A DNA stretch of 64,000 nt from Hormiphora californensis (taxonomy: Eukaryota; Animalia; Ctenophora): NCBI GenBank assembly GCA_020137815.1, contig CM035361.1, positions 3,844,001 to 3,908,000 on the forward strand, read 5' to 3'. Every line of letters starts with the position of its first letter. Positions within the stretch are counted from its first letter, which is position 1. Shown piece by piece: positions 39,001 to 51,000 of the stretch. The notes under the pieces were generated by a model. It made no database searches. It was not told where the DNA came from and saw only the letters and a program-made list of their open reading frames with translations. Both the position numbers and the translations under genes were made by a program.

Positions 39001-42000
39001 GCTGCAAACCCATCGAATAAAGATCAGTTAAAAACTTGTCACGAGGTAAGATACAGACCTAAGTACAATACTTACGCTAGACAGTACAGCGGGATGGGAG
39101 GAGTAGGTACCGAGAAAAGATGTAGGCTGGAAAAAGGAAAAACAACCGAAACTAGCCTGATCCAAAGGCATCCACAAACAATCTTGTCTTTAACCCCGTT
39201 TTGAAAGATTCCACAGCAGGCCGAGATCGCAACTCAAGGGGGAGTGCATTCCACAGATCTGGCAGGAGAACAGATGGTCTCCTTTTCCTCAGTTTAGAAT
39301 TTGCATTAATGCTCGACAGCTTCGGGTACTGGAGCTTATAAGGGTCTGGAACAGCAGTCGATCTGGTACGGCAAGTAACATCAACGATATCTGTAGGTAT
39401 TTGCTCAATGAGGTAATCTGGAGCACTTCCATGTACAATCTTATAGGCCATGAGACAGGCCTTAAAGATCACCCGTTGCTCCACAGGGAGAATGTGGGTT
39501 TCTCTCATGTAAGGGAGGTAGTCCTCTTGATGACCGTGGAGCCCATAGATAAATCTTATACAAGAGTTGAGCACTTTCTGTAACCGAGAGATGAGCTTCA
39601 TTGGCAAACCTCCGTAGAGGACATTGCAGTAATCCAAGCGAGATATAACCAGCTGCTTAACAAGAAGGATTCTGGTAGAGAAGTCCAGGCATCGGTGGAC
39701 TTGCCATAAATTCCTCAGTAGCATTCCACAGTTTCTTCTGACACTGTTCACCTGACGTTCCAATGTCAGGTTCTCATCCATATAAATACCCAGAGTCTTT
39801 CCGGTAGTACCTGTGAAGTCAACTGGGTAGATATCTGCATCCCCAAACCTAATACAGGGCTCAAAAGCCAGCTTGTCAATGGCACTGCTCTTCCCTAGAA
39901 GAAGGAGCTCCGTCTTCGACTCATTACACTTCAGCCAATGCTGAACCATCCAAGTCTTGATCTGATCAAGACACTCTTCAACTTTCCTCCTCGTGATACT
40001 CCATCCACTTTCATCAAGAGGGACTAGACTCACATAGATTTGAGAGTCATCCGCATAGAGTTTGATTTTGAGTCCATACTTGTGTACCAGATCCTGTAGT
40101 TCCTCAACATATAAAAGAAACAAAACCGGTCCGAGAAGGGACCCTTGTGGCACTCCACAAATCAAGTAGATAATCTTCGATAGTTCTCCTCTAACGTTGA
40201 CTCTGAAGTTCCTCAGTCCAAGATAGCTAGTAAACCACTTGAGTGCTGTTCCTCTTATTCCAAATCTCCTTCTCAATACATCCACAAGTTTAGCATGGTC
40301 AACCGTGTCGAACGCTGCACTCATGTCCAAAAGGAGTAGAGCTACAACATTTCCCTTATCCATCTCCTGCAGTAGATCATCAAACATCCCCATGAGTAGA
40401 GTTTCACAGGAATGACCAACTCTATATCCTGACTGGTGAGAGTTGAGTAGGTCATTTTCATTCAGAGCCTGATTCAGTTGATCAAGGACAACTTTCTCTA
40501 GAACCTTAGAGACAAAGGGAAGGTTAGACACAGGACGGTAGTTGGAAAGGCTATCACGATCACCATAGGGGTTCTTGATGGTTGGAAAAACCAGTGCTTG
40601 CTGGAACAATTCTGGAACAATACCTTGACGGATAGACGAATTGATAATCTTAGTAAAGAGTGGAGCAAAAACTTCCACGCACTCTTTGATCAACCATGTC
40701 GGTATAAGATCAAGATCACACGTTTTATCCCGACATATTCTTAATGATCCTCTTCATCTCATCCTCAGAGACTTCCCTGAATTCCTCAAGAATACAATCC
40801 TTATCCAGGTCCACAAGAGAGTCCACATCCTCCGCAGGAAAGTCCACATCTGCCCTCACTGAGTTCCTGATTTTTTCCACTTTTCCAGTAAAGAAATCCG
40901 CAAAATCCTCGGCCAGTTTACGATCACAATCCACATCCGGCAACAACACCTCACTGTTTCCAAGTAGTCGATTTAGTTTCCTCTGTAACGCTTTGGAATC
41001 CCCTTTTGATTCTTCAAGATCTTCTTTCAGATAGTTAGTCCTCGCTTCCTTATCAACTCTACTAAACATCTTCTTCATCACGTTATACTGCATCTTCGTA
41101 ACAGGCGTCTTCTTGCTTCTCCAAGTCCTCTCCGCAGTCCGACGTCTTCTTAGCGCATCCCTGACATCATCATTGTCTCTCCACGGGCGAACCTTTTTCA
41201 CTTTCTTTCTTCTCTTCAACGGGACAAAACTATCTACTAACTCCTTCATTTCTCTTTCATAGATCTCAAACAAATCATCTGGGGAATCCAAATCAAACCG
41301 TCCTTCAAGGCCACTTCCTCTGAGGGCTTTCATGAACAATACCGGGTCCACTGATTTAAAGTCTCTGTAGGTGTTAACTCGATCCCGTTGCTGTAGGTTT
41401 CCAACCTTAGTCTCCAGTACGACTTCACTCAGAACAAGAAAATGGTCAGACTCTGTTCCCTCAGGATGTATTTCCACAGATTTAACTTTCTCCTCTACCT
41501 CCTTTGGACATATAACCAGGTCAAGAGTACCTCCACGGTTGTGGGTTGGTTGCCTGGGGACAAGCTGAGAAAACTCATGTGAGTCCAGGAGTTCAGCAAG
41601 CTTCTTAGTGTAGAAGTTGTCCCTATCCTGCCATTGAAAGTTAAAGTCTCCCATAAGACCAGTCTTCAATACTAGCTCTGAGAGATAGTCTGTGAATTCC
41701 TCTAGGAACTTCGCTTCAGTGAACCTAGCTTTACCAGTATAGGGCGGTCTGTAAACATTACATATCCGAGTAAGGTCCATTCCATTACCAATTAAAATCT
41801 CCTGAATCTGGAACGATTTAAATTTCCTCACTGGTGGTAGTTTCATCTTAACTCCATCCCTGTAGAGTATCCCAATACCGCCTCCTGCCCTCTCCGCCCT
41901 AGGGGATGAGAAAATATTCCAGCCATAGTCTCTTATCTCCTGAAGTTTCGCGGTATCACTAGTCTTCAAGTAGGTTTCCTGAATCAGACAGATATCACAT

Positions 42001-45000
42001 TCCATGTCTTCAAGATGCGCTATAACCCCAGACGTTTTATTCATTATCGAGTGCACATTTAGTGTGCCAACACGCCACGTGTTCCTCCCACGCCCTCGTC
42101 AGATAAGCGTTTTTTCTCTCCTTACTGACACCACTTGTGTTTTCCATCAGTCTTCCTCGAGCATTAACATAATGCGGACACAAGTTACTTGATGCTGGAT
42201 GGGATTTCGCATACTTCTTGTCATCCTTACTACCTCCAACATCACAGTTTACACACTTCATCCGATTGAGTTCATTCCCACTCTTCGCCCTACATTGTCT
42301 GGTGTCATGATCTCCTGCACAGAAGGCACAGGTGGCGCTTTTATCTTTACTCGGACAATAGACAGATCCAGCTACGTGTCCATAACGCTGGCAGTGGAAA
42401 CACTGAGTAACGTAGAATCTGTCCTTCACAATGTGCTGTCTTAACTTCAGGAAAATCCTATCTCGATTATCAGCAATGGCTTCTCGTATATCAGGTGTAA
42501 CCTTGAGCACCGCATACCTCCCAGCAGTGTTAACATGAATGACACTGACAGCCCACTATGTGGTCAAAACGCGCATTTGTCCGATAGGAATCCTCCGTTT
42601 TTAGGGGTTTTGCGCGATTTTGTTAGGCACTTTCAGGGAGCGTGCACGCTTGCGTGTGCTGTCAAACACCCTGGAAATTGTGTAGCAGTTGTAGGTAATC
42701 GTCTAAAGATCATTTTGCTACCCATAACTTGGCTGAAAGTGCGGCAGGTTTTGGACAGCACGGCATCAAAGTTCGTCCTATAGCCCAAAAACTGGCTTCT
42801 GTTCAAAGCGCAACCTAAACTTTGGTATCAAAAGAAAGCTAGGGGGCTAGAGATTACTATGCAACCTTTCCATTGCAACCGGTCCGATGCGGTCATGTAT
42901 TAAATGCGACATTTATACTAAAAAAGCACTTGTCAGCGCTGGTTTTACACGTAAAAACGCGCAACGAGGTTGGATCTTGGTCAAAATTGAGCCTCTACTG
43001 CGCGTTTTCTATCAAAATCACTAGATCTCGCGAGCCTATCGGACATGACCACATAGTGCAGCCTGCCCAGACTCATATAGCCTCTTCACCACTTCATTCT
43101 TATCACTCAAGATGGCGTCCAATAGCACCTCTTTGTTCAACAGGTCATGGTCCAGATCGGAAATCAATACCCGAGGATCCATCTTCTTCTGCTTCTCAAC
43201 AAACGGAGTAACATTCAGAAACGGGGACAGCACTTTCTCTGCTTCTTTGAGGTCGTCATCAGTTGCAAAAAACAACTGAGTGCCCTTCCTGTTCACCGAA
43301 GTGTCCAAGACGGGGATGTTCTTCAGAGCTTTCACGACCTTCGGTTTCACTACCATTTTCCACTTCTCCTCACACATTGGTGTCACTCCTTCCTCATTGC
43401 TGTCTTTGATGCTCATATACCGTTTCACAGGGGTAGCTGGTGCAGCTTTCTTCTCCTGCTGACCAGAACTACACGTTACTTCACTCTCCTCTCGGTTCTT
43501 CTTCAATATCTCATTGACTACTGGGGCCATGAGTCCAGGTAGGCTATCCATCAACTCTTGCTTCAGTTTTGAGAAACCATCCTTCAGATCATCACTTGAA
43601 ATCGAGACTCCAGAATCTGACGATGGTGTAGGACACCGGGAACTGTCCGGAAGCATCCGGTAACACATAATCAACATCTGCCAAAGATCCTTCTTCGTAG
43701 GTCCACCTGGAGCATCCATAGGCTCACCCGGGGTACCAGCATCCTCCTCCAATTTCTTCCACACTGTACTGCCTTTACATTTGTCAGAGAAGCTCGTGAC
43801 AAGGAGCTTACCTTCGAAGTCCTTCTTCGTTCCACTTTCATACTGGGGTGCCAATCCCGACATTCTATCCTGTAACAGTGGCGCGAGGATCCGATCCACC
43901 AAGATTTGGCTTCCTGGATTTGGCTCAACGAGGTCTCCCAAGATCTGCCCAACTTAGAAAGAGACAGGAACACCAGGCTTGTCTTGTCTTGAAAAGAGGG
44001 GGATTGAGCAGAAGTCTTAGAAGAGTAACGAGGAGCAGTTGAACGGAACCTCAAATTAATTTGTTTAAAGTAGTGTTGAAAAGTTTGAAACTGTACACAA
44101 TAAATGAACAAACAATACGGACAGGTGAACTTACGACCTTGATGAATGATTGGTACCGTCATGTTGTTGGTGATGAGATGAGAGGTGTAAACATTTCCAA
44201 TGGTGACAAAGAACGAAAACGATCAAACACAAACAATGGGTTGGGCAGATTGTAGCACCACTAGAGTGTAAAATATTCTAGAAGACGATTCGGATGAGAT
44301 AGATAATAACATTTGTTAGTTGTTACACGCGATAAGCGACTTAGTGCACCAAAACACAAGGATTGTCTCTGTAGTGTGGTGTTTTGCAATGTCCGCTATA
44401 TTGGGAGAGGTGGGTGGGGGAGGGCGGGTGGGGGTGGGTTTGGGGGGTAATATTGGACAAAAATGTTGCTGTAATTTAGTAATGAGACCAGGCCAAGCCC
44501 GAGAGACATTTCAGTGGTAACTGGGAGGTCATGTGTGATGGAAATGAGAACTAGAGGCAGATTTGAGTTGCATTTTATTGAGGAAAACAGCCCTTTTTAG
44601 TGTATGAGACAAGCGAAAGTGAAACGAAATGCAACGTAACGAACGAGTAATGAATAGAATTCTGCTCTGTGACTTGTTAGTGCTCCTTTATCAAACACGC
44701 AATGGCAAAGTACAAAGTTTCCCAAATTTAATTAAATGCGAAATTTCAAAGTTTTGGTCGATTTTGGCCAAAATTGCTGCCCTAAACTAACTATTGGACT
44801 GTGCGTTGCCGGGGAGACTGCTCACTGGTGACTGAGAGATCATATGTTCTCGAATATTGGTATTTGAGGCGGATTTAAGTTGTATTTTAGTGAGGGGAAG
44901 AGCTCATATTGGACAAAAATGTTGCTGTAATTTAGTAATGAGACCAGGCCAAGCCCGAGAGACATTTCAGTGGTAACTGGGAGGTCATGTGTGATGGAAA

Positions 45001-48000
45001 TGAGAACTAGAGGCAGATTTGAGTTGCATTTTATTGAGGAAAACAGCCCTTTTTAGTGTATGAGACAAGCGAAAGTGAAACGAAATGCAACGTAACGAAC
45101 GAGTAATGAATAGAATTCTGCTCTGTGACTTGTTAGTGCTCCTTTATCAAACACGCAATGGCAAAGTACAAAGTTTCCCAAATTTAATTAAATGCGAAAT
45201 TTCAAAGTTTTGGTCGATTTTGGCCAAAATTGCTGCCCTAAACTAACTATTGGACTGTGCGTTGCCGGGGAGACTGCTCACTGGTGACTGAGAGATCATA
45301 TGTTCTCGAATATTGGTATTTGAGGCGGATTTAAGTTGTATTTTAGTGAGGGGAAGAGCTCATATTGGACAAAAATGTTGCTGTAATTTAGTAATGAGAC
45401 CAGGCCAAGCCCGAGAGACATTTCAGTGGTAACTGGGAGGTCATGTGTGATGGAAATGAGAACTAGAGGCAGATTTGAGTTGCATTTTATTGAGGAAAAC
45501 AGCCCTTTTTAGTGTATGAGACAAGCGAAAGTGAAACGAAATGCAACGTAACGAACGAGTCACCTGTAAATGGGAATATAATAATAAAGTGATGTGTTCG
45601 ATCTCGAATCCTTGATGTGGAGCAGGAACCGACCGAATTAAGTAAACAGCCAATCAGAACTCGTTATTTAGGCCACGTAACTGGTTATCAGCCAATCAGG
45701 GATCAGTATTTCCTGATTCGGTCGGTTCCTGATGTGGAGAGTGTGTGGTGTGAGATCGAACACATAAAATTTCTGTACCAATAATGAGACTGATTTTGCG
45801 TTGTGATTTCTTCTGTTGTCTCAGTCGGGCGATGTGATTTTGGTTCAGTACGTTGTTATTATCATCTGAGCCATCTGTTACTTTACTAACACTCCTGTTT
45901 AGCTGAAAATATTTGGAGTGGTTATAAAGTGGTTATAAAGTGGTTATAGTAGTGATATTCCAGGGCTGGGGTTCGCCTTCCGAAAATGCAAGTCGACCCA
46001 GATAATTTCAGAAACGTTATACGTACCTCTAATGCAATGATGATATAGCAGGTAGAAATGACCGCCAGACAAGCCATGTTCACCAACTGGAAAGTCAGGG
46101 AAAACACAAACTGTGGGTCGTCCGGGAGGACAAAGTACTTGAACAGACATACACCTCCGTTCCCATAGAAACCAACAAACTTGTGCATTCCCTCCAAGTT
46201 ATCGTAGTCGCTGGTGTACATTCCTTTAATGAGATTTGTGGCATACTCCCAGCTCATTGTTGACGAGGATTTGCCCTTTTTGGAGATTCTCCCATAGTAA
46301 CCTTCAATTGTGTCCAAATGTTGAGCTTTACTTTGGGGATCGCCCTACGGGCGCGCGAACATGGGGGGCGCGACGTGCCCAAAGCTTTACTAGATCTTCC
46401 CAGGAACATCTTGACTTGTTCGTCCCAAACTTGTCCACTTATGAATACATCTTCAAACCACGTGGCTAGGAATACAGGAGACGCAGCTAACACCACAGAA
46501 AGGACCATCATCACAAAGGCTAAACTGGCAGATTTCACTATGTTCCGGTCTTTTGGAGGTCTGATCCCACCCGTCACACCAACTGCCCGGGTCAGACTCA
46601 AACTGGTCATTGCGAAGACCGAGAGACATGATGCAGATGTACTGAAAATCCCTAGGAGATTACATTTCCGACTAGTTAGCCACTCGTCTTGGTGTTGACA
46701 GTAATGGTCAGATTGGAGTTGATCATAAACCGCCACTATCAGCAAGTAAACTCCGTTTAGAGTGTCCCCAAAGCTTATCAAACCGACAAGGACCCTATTT
46801 TGGAACGCTATGTCTGTTTTTGCACCTGGCAGTTGCCTAGCAACGCTCAATAGAGTCCAAATGTTCAGGCCGGTAGCGAGTGATCCAAATACAAATGCAA
46901 AACTCGTCAGTGCTAAACCCTCCAGAATGTGTTTGCTGCAATGATCATTGCACTCATCACTTCGGTCAAAACAGTCTGCAACACCATCGCATACCTGATA
47001 GAGGGGTAACAGCTTTTGCCCACATTTGAAGTGATTCAGACAGTTCCCTTCATCGCTTCCATCCCCACAATCATCCACTAGATTACAGACTTTGTCATAG
47101 GTAAGGCACCGCTGGTTAGCGCACTGAAACGTCTCCTGAACCCACCACTCTCCTTTCCGGGTCACTATTGTTAACTGGTCGCTGTCGTAGTAAGTCAGGA
47201 CTTTTTTGGGAAAGTCTGCCGGACAGGCATCGCGTTTTAGTGGTGTTCTATCAAAGGGGCAAGTGACGTTGTCTGCGCATTTATTACTGCACGCAAGGTA
47301 TACAGTATACCTCACCGTAGACGTATTTGCAGGAGACTGGATTAGACGGAAGCTTCAATTCTACTTCTTTTGTGCCAAATATTGCGGTGTTATTGAAAGG
47401 TGTACTCGTACATTTTGAGCCAGATAGGACCTCAATACTACTCAGACCAGGAAGACAGTGAAGAAGAAACTTATGCCAGCCGTTATTAACAGGATAAGGC
47501 GGTGCCAAACTACATCTTTCCGATGCCTAACACACATTTTGTTTTCGTTGCCACAAGTATCAATCCCATCACACAGAAACCCAGTTGGTATAAAATCGAA
47601 TCTATCTGTCCATCCATCTGATCCTCTGCATACCACAACATCCTCACACGAAACCGCACTGCTGTCAACAAACCTCCTCGTGGTGCCAGTTGCCGCATGT
47701 TCGGCCACCATTCCGGATCTTCATCCTCTCCGTCCACACAGTCGGTAACACCATCGCTAAGCCAGCTAATCGGAATCTTCGAGTATTCCGCCGGATTGAT
47801 TTTTCTTTTACAGACGCTTCTACTGGTCATTGAACGGCAAATTTCATCGGTTTCCGAGAGGCAGTCAGGTTTACCATCACAAATCTGATGTTTGTGGATG
47901 GTGCAGGTAGAGGTCACATCCACACAGAGGATATCCAGGTTGTCATCACAGAGACCTTGACGTAGCTCGTTACATACCATTACCTTGGCAACGGTGGACA

Positions 48001-51000
48001 TGTAACCTCCTATGGGACATGACAGGGCAATCCTATCCGGGTCGGAGCAATTTGTCTGGTCCATGAAGTCCTTACAAACAGGTATATATGTATAGGTCTC
48101 CGTTTTAAAAGGATTCAATTCCTCGGAAGTTAGTCCCACTGTGCAATCTATCGCAGCCCAGTAAAACTTTATAGTTGAACATCGCGTGAAGGGAAAGATA
48201 GGTTTCAATTCACCCTCATAAGATTGATACATTGACCCATATCGCTCCGGACTTTCACAGTACTGCTGGTTAGGATTAATTGTAAAGTCACATGAGAGTG
48301 GTTTTGGGAGATTGTCACAGGTTCTCCCAACACCGCCTACACAAACATCACCAGGGGAAATGAACCAGTCCTTTTTCATATCATTAGCACATATTACTCC
48401 ATAGTTGAATCCGTTACAGGAGTACTCATCCCTACAGTCAGTATCACAAACCCCGTCACACATCCTACTAGCTTGTTCCTTGCAAATGTTAGCGGGGATG
48501 GTACCCCTGCAGCTGTCACTCTGACACGCTCTTGATATTAGCATTATCTCGTGTTCAAATAACCCTTCTACATTACTGCTGGCTGTATTACACGGTGCCG
48601 TACCACAAGCGTGACCTTCATTGATAGCGTCAAGTTGAATTGTTTTTAGCCCGCACATTTCGTAATTGATGTCTTGAGTGCACCGGAATCCGTACAAATA
48701 CGTCGTTTTTAAAATGTTGTACTTTAAGTAGTAGCGACCCAAAGAGTTCACACACTGATACAAGTCATGAAGTTCCCTTCCTACTACAAGCTTTTCAAGG
48801 CATTTCCGTTTAAGGAATCCTCCCACCACACTGATAGGGCACTCGTCAATGTGCGTCGATATCAGACGCTTTGTTGTAGCAGGTCTTTTAGCTGCAGAGA
48901 GAGAGAGGGAGGGAGAGTATGTGGGAGGGTATCTTTAGAAATGACATTTCCGACTTTCTACTAAAGCATGGTTTATTCTAGGCTTTGATTTGTAGCAGAT
49001 CAGATAGAAAATTGTCGGGAGATTTAACCTGGGTAAAAACTATGCAAGAACCCAAACGAACCCTTTACTGTTTCGACTATAATAACAAAGGTCCAAACAG
49101 TCGCGTTGCGTCAACGCATTGTGGGGCAGAGCCATGCAATTTTTGATAAACATCCTTTTTGCTTACAGCTTTTGTGTGAGTTAATGTCCAGCACATGTCC
49201 TGCAATGTAAACTCACCGCTGGGTGTTTGCTGCGTTGGTGGTGGTTTTGTAGTTCTCTTTCTAGGTTCCGTAAGTTCTATCATATCTTGATTCTGGGCGA
49301 GCTCTGATTCCCCAATCTCTCTCATACACCAAACTTTGTCGGTCCGGGTGAATGACCAAATCACAGCGGCCGTATCTTGAAAATGTTATCATTATTGGAA
49401 AGATACACCCGATATATATATATATATGTAGTGTAGATGTAACGTGTAGATACATCTACACTTGTGCATATATGCAAAAGGGGGTACAATTGTTTCACTA
49501 CAGCAGTACTACCAAAACTATACAAACAGTACAACATGATAAAGACAAAAAGCCTAAGACAACTAACACAAGCCATATCAGGACAAACAATCTGGCATCA
49601 GCCCAACAAATCAAAGACAACAAAATCGACCCAAATTGCACACCGTGTAAGGTAAAAGAGAACTCAGAACATGTCCTCATGTTTTGCCCGGACCTCGACG
49701 AGGCAAAACATAAACTCGGACGCCTCTTATTGTGAGTAAACAATAAGAGAAAAATTATACAAATCCGAAACGAGACACTTTAACCTAAACAAACTCGCAA
49801 AACTAATAAAGAGAAGCAACCGATTCCGCTAAGATGGGGAGGAAAGGGGCTCAACAAACAAAACAAGATCGGAGGGGACGTAATACCCACAGGGGCCAAA
49901 AACCCCTGCCCGTTAACCCAAACGGGATGTACTGGCTCGCTAAACCAGAGGGTAAGTACGCAAAAATGAAAGTAACCTATGTCCAAAGGCAGCTTTCATC
50001 CTGTCCAAAGCTACATCTCTTATAAAGGGAACCCCCGTTATGAGTGAAACCCAAGACCTGTACAATAAAGTACGGGTGCAAAACTACAGCAACATGCTTT
50101 ATGATCCAGAGGTCATGGAGAAGGAAGCTCCGCCTCCTGGGGAAACGACACCTTGTGTGTGTTGTGACCTCAGGAAACGAAAGCTGACCGATCTGGGATA
50201 CATATCTATGAATCTTGATCTCACCTTCGGGTTGATGATCTGGTCACGCTGGACCATGAAGCAGCCGTGGGATTGGAAGTGGGAGGCACAAACAACAACA
50301 AATGGACACGTTATAAAATATTTTGTGGCATACACCTGGTATTTCAGTAACGGCAGCTGATCTTTGGTTTGGAGGAACAGTCCGAGCGGGCATCCATAAT
50401 GGGACACCAGACATGATCTCTTCCGTGTAGGAATGGCGATACCAACCATCACTGTCATCTGCTTCCTTGCACATCCAGGAGTTGTCAGTAGTTAGTAAAA
50501 CACGCCCATAGATGTCCTGTCAGGCGTGTGAGATATCAGTCATATACCAGGGTCTTATTAATGGGATTTTAAAATAAAACTGGTGGGTGCGCTAGTGATA
50601 ATAAAACTTCGAAATATGTATTCTGTTAGACTCTAATTTTGTTTGGAAATGGACATCGGAGTGGATATTTACTAAGCAATGCAATTCTCCTTCATAAAAC
50701 CTAGATTATATTCTGAATGAATAAAGAGATGCAATATGGGCCTTTCTACAAGCATCAATTTCATAATTGAGTGCAGTCTATACCTTTATGGCACCATAGA
50801 TTCCGTACTTTCCGTTATTGTTGGTACAGGCAATAGCAAGCAGTTTAACAGACGGAGAAAGGTCGATATAACTTGCCTTGTCCCACCTGAAGAATATTGG
50901 GTTTTAAGGGAATAGCCGGCACTGAAACCTGATCAGATATCAGGTCTCAGTGGAAAATTATAGCCGTGGCCTGAACCTGAAGACCTGAGGTTCAGGCACG

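Larger units (their letters stand above)
38655..44088 (-). mobile_element. Full-length non-LTR retrotransposon (L2/CR1-group LINE) with a 5' spliced-leader exon
   Basis: 7-bp TSD AACTGTA at 38648-38654 and 44089-44095. The empty site is visible in the paralogous sequence at ~31991 (tcAACTGTAcacaat). Contains ORF1 (CCHC knuckles) and ORF2 (APE endonuclease + RT). Confidence 0.93.
38190..45561 (-). mobile_element. Same non-coding retroposon, copy 2, hosting the LINE and carrying tandem 456-bp 5' monomers
   Basis: 13-bp TSD ACCTGTAAATGGG (38177-38189, 45562-45574) and (AAAC)n tail. Direct repeats start at ~44450, ~44906 and ~45362. Confidence 0.8.

Noticed and set aside
44050-44092. A bona fide SL RNA gene
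   Set aside because: Although followed by GT, it has no evident Sm site or terminator, runs directly into the LINE UTR/ORF1, and coincides with the TSD boundary.
44450-45561. Retrozyme/Penelope-type tandem units with a hammerhead ribozyme
   Set aside because: No CUGANGA...GAAA core with proper stems found by eye; CTGAGAG...GAAT does not fit.
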